The notes beneath the pieces were generated by a model. It did not search any database and was not told the origin of the DNA. It saw only the letters and a program-made list of their open reading frames with translations. From the NCBI GenBank assembly GCA_005223125.1, contig NJBH01000003.1:164303-228302 (forward strand): a stretch of DNA of 64,000 nucleotides, in the 5' to 3' direction. A program made the translations under genes and the position numbers. This DNA comes from Promethearchaeota archaeon Loki_b32 (GTDB lineage Archaea; Asgardarchaeota; Lokiarchaeia; Sigyniarchaeales; SOKP01). Within the stretch, counting starts at the first letter, position 1; each line of letters starts with the position of its first letter. Of the stretch, positions 62,925-64,000 are shown piece by piece.

Positions 62925-63401
62925 TTAATTAGTTCTTTTGGTTTTAAAATAATGGGCAAAATTTTCATGGTCTTTTCCATAGGTTTTCATAATAACTCTT
63001 TTGAATGTGCCATAATCTAATCGATCTTTCATTACGTCAGCTCATCAATCAGCATGAACAACTATTGTTATTTCGCTGTTAGGGTATAAGTTAAAATTTA
63101 TATCTTCATGTAAAGGTATGAACTCTTTATTAGGTCCATAGGCATTTACTGCACAATCCTCATAAATAACATTTTCCTCAGCATCCCATATTAACTGAAG
63201 ATAACTATGAATTAAGCCCTTATATATAGGAAAAATGGTTCTATCAGGATTTTTGTATATATTTTTATCTAAAATGCTTAACGCGTCAATAATTGATCCA
63301 CTATCGTCTATATTTAAATTATATTCAAGCCCGTTTGATAATTTCTTCTCAGGATCTGGAGCAAAAATTGTTAGTTTAATTTTCTTAATTTTAATAATCA
63401 C
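62925..63401 (-). CDS. Candidate selenoprotein B: beta-grasp/ubiquitin-like domain-AD-U-U-38 aa tail (158 aa)
   Basis: TGA at 63045-47 and 63042-44; frame stays open to TAA at 62925; SECIS follows. Confidence 0.8.
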
Positions 63402-63434
63402 CTCTGATAAATAAAAAAATAATAATTATAAGCC

Positions 63435-63725
63435 CTAAATTAATCCTTTTGCTTTAAGAAGTTTTGGTAGTTCTTTCTTGAGATTTAATGAGGAAGAGAA
63501 TTTTTTCTCTCCATCTATTATTATACATTTGTTATGGAGATTAAGCTGCCTTGCTTCTTCTGAATTAAGATTCTTAGTGTCATACTCAATATGTTTTATA
63601 TAAGGTGTAAGCTCAATAAATACTCGGTTCATAAATTTATCCCATTCACACGCACACGCGTCTAAGGGAACATATATATCTACCTTTAATTTTTCTGAAG
63701 CTTTATCTTCACTAATCTTTATCAC
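63435..63725 (-). CDS. Small thioredoxin-like-fold protein with CxC motif
   Basis: VDIYVPLDACACEW after a beta strand; CIIIDG near the C-terminus. Confidence 0.6.
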   Translation of the reverse strand: MIKISEDKASEKLKVDIYVPLDACACEWDKFMNRVFIELTPYIKHIEYDTKNLNSEEARQLNLHNKCIIIDGEKKFSSSLNLKKELPKLLKAKGLI

Positions 63726-63739
63726 ACTTAAGAATTATT

Positions 63740-63919
63740 TTAATCTATATTATGAAGTCCTTTACATCTATCGGTACCACAATGAATACGTCTTGGTTCA
63801 TAATCTGGACTATCTTTATTACAATGTGATTCCGAGTTATTACAGCTTGAGTGAGACATATTTCCAATAGCTTCTCTTATTATCTTGGCAATTTGTTCAT
63901 CCATTTCTTCTTCATTCAT
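63740..63919 (-). CDS. 59-aa Cys/His-rich small protein (not in ORF track)
   Basis: MNEEEMDEQIAKIIREAIGNMSHSSCNNSESHCNKDSPDYEPRRIHCGTDRCKGLHNID; stop 14 nt before the next gene. Confidence 0.65.
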   Translation of the reverse strand: MNEEEMDEQIAKIIREAIGNMSHSSCNNSESHCNKDSPDYEPRRIHCGTDRCKGLHNID

Positions 63920-64000
63920 AACTATTCAGTAAAATTGTTGATAATTTTTCAAGATTTCTATTCTTTAATTAATAATCTATTTCAAATTTAAAAATATTAG

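Noticed and set aside
1-64000. CRISPR arrays, tRNA/rRNA genes and IS elements
   Set aside because: By eye I found no regularly spaced repeats, GC-rich structural RNA islands, or transposase/integrase ORFs.

Overview
AT-rich, gene-dense archaeal chromosome segment. The gene content points to Lokiarchaeia (Asgard archaea): Rab-like GTPase, proteasome alpha subunit, TFB, three RFC subunits, Loki-type LRR proteins and grpE-dnaK-dnaJ. Most of the window is housekeeping and metabolic genes, plus several gene remnants. I saw no rRNA, tRNA, CRISPR array or transposase. Two recoding or RNA-processing signals are missed by the ORF track. (1) At 62.2-63.4 kb two paralogous beta-grasp (MoaD/SAMP/Urm1-like) genes 'end' in tandem in-frame TGA-TGA codons. 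A Cys codon in one copy aligns with a TGA in the other, the frame continues as a conserved 37-38 aa tail, and each copy is followed by a eukaryote-like K-turn SECIS candidate with a compensatory base-pair change. This is a candidate new selenoprotein family, and it lies downstream of a CxC thioredoxin-like gene and a small Cys/His gene. (2) At 10.6-10.9 kb a zinc-finger gene is interrupted by a 29-nt segment that folds into a bulge-helix-bulge motif, and the canonical cut sites restore the reading frame exactly. This is a candidate tRNA-endonuclease-spliced mRNA intron. Other notable items are probable ATT start codons, a catalytically degenerate second RFC small subunit, a receiver domain fused to a uDENN/longin-like domain, a 1523-aa helical-repeat protein and two palindromic operators. 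All family calls come from reading motifs by eye, not from database searches.
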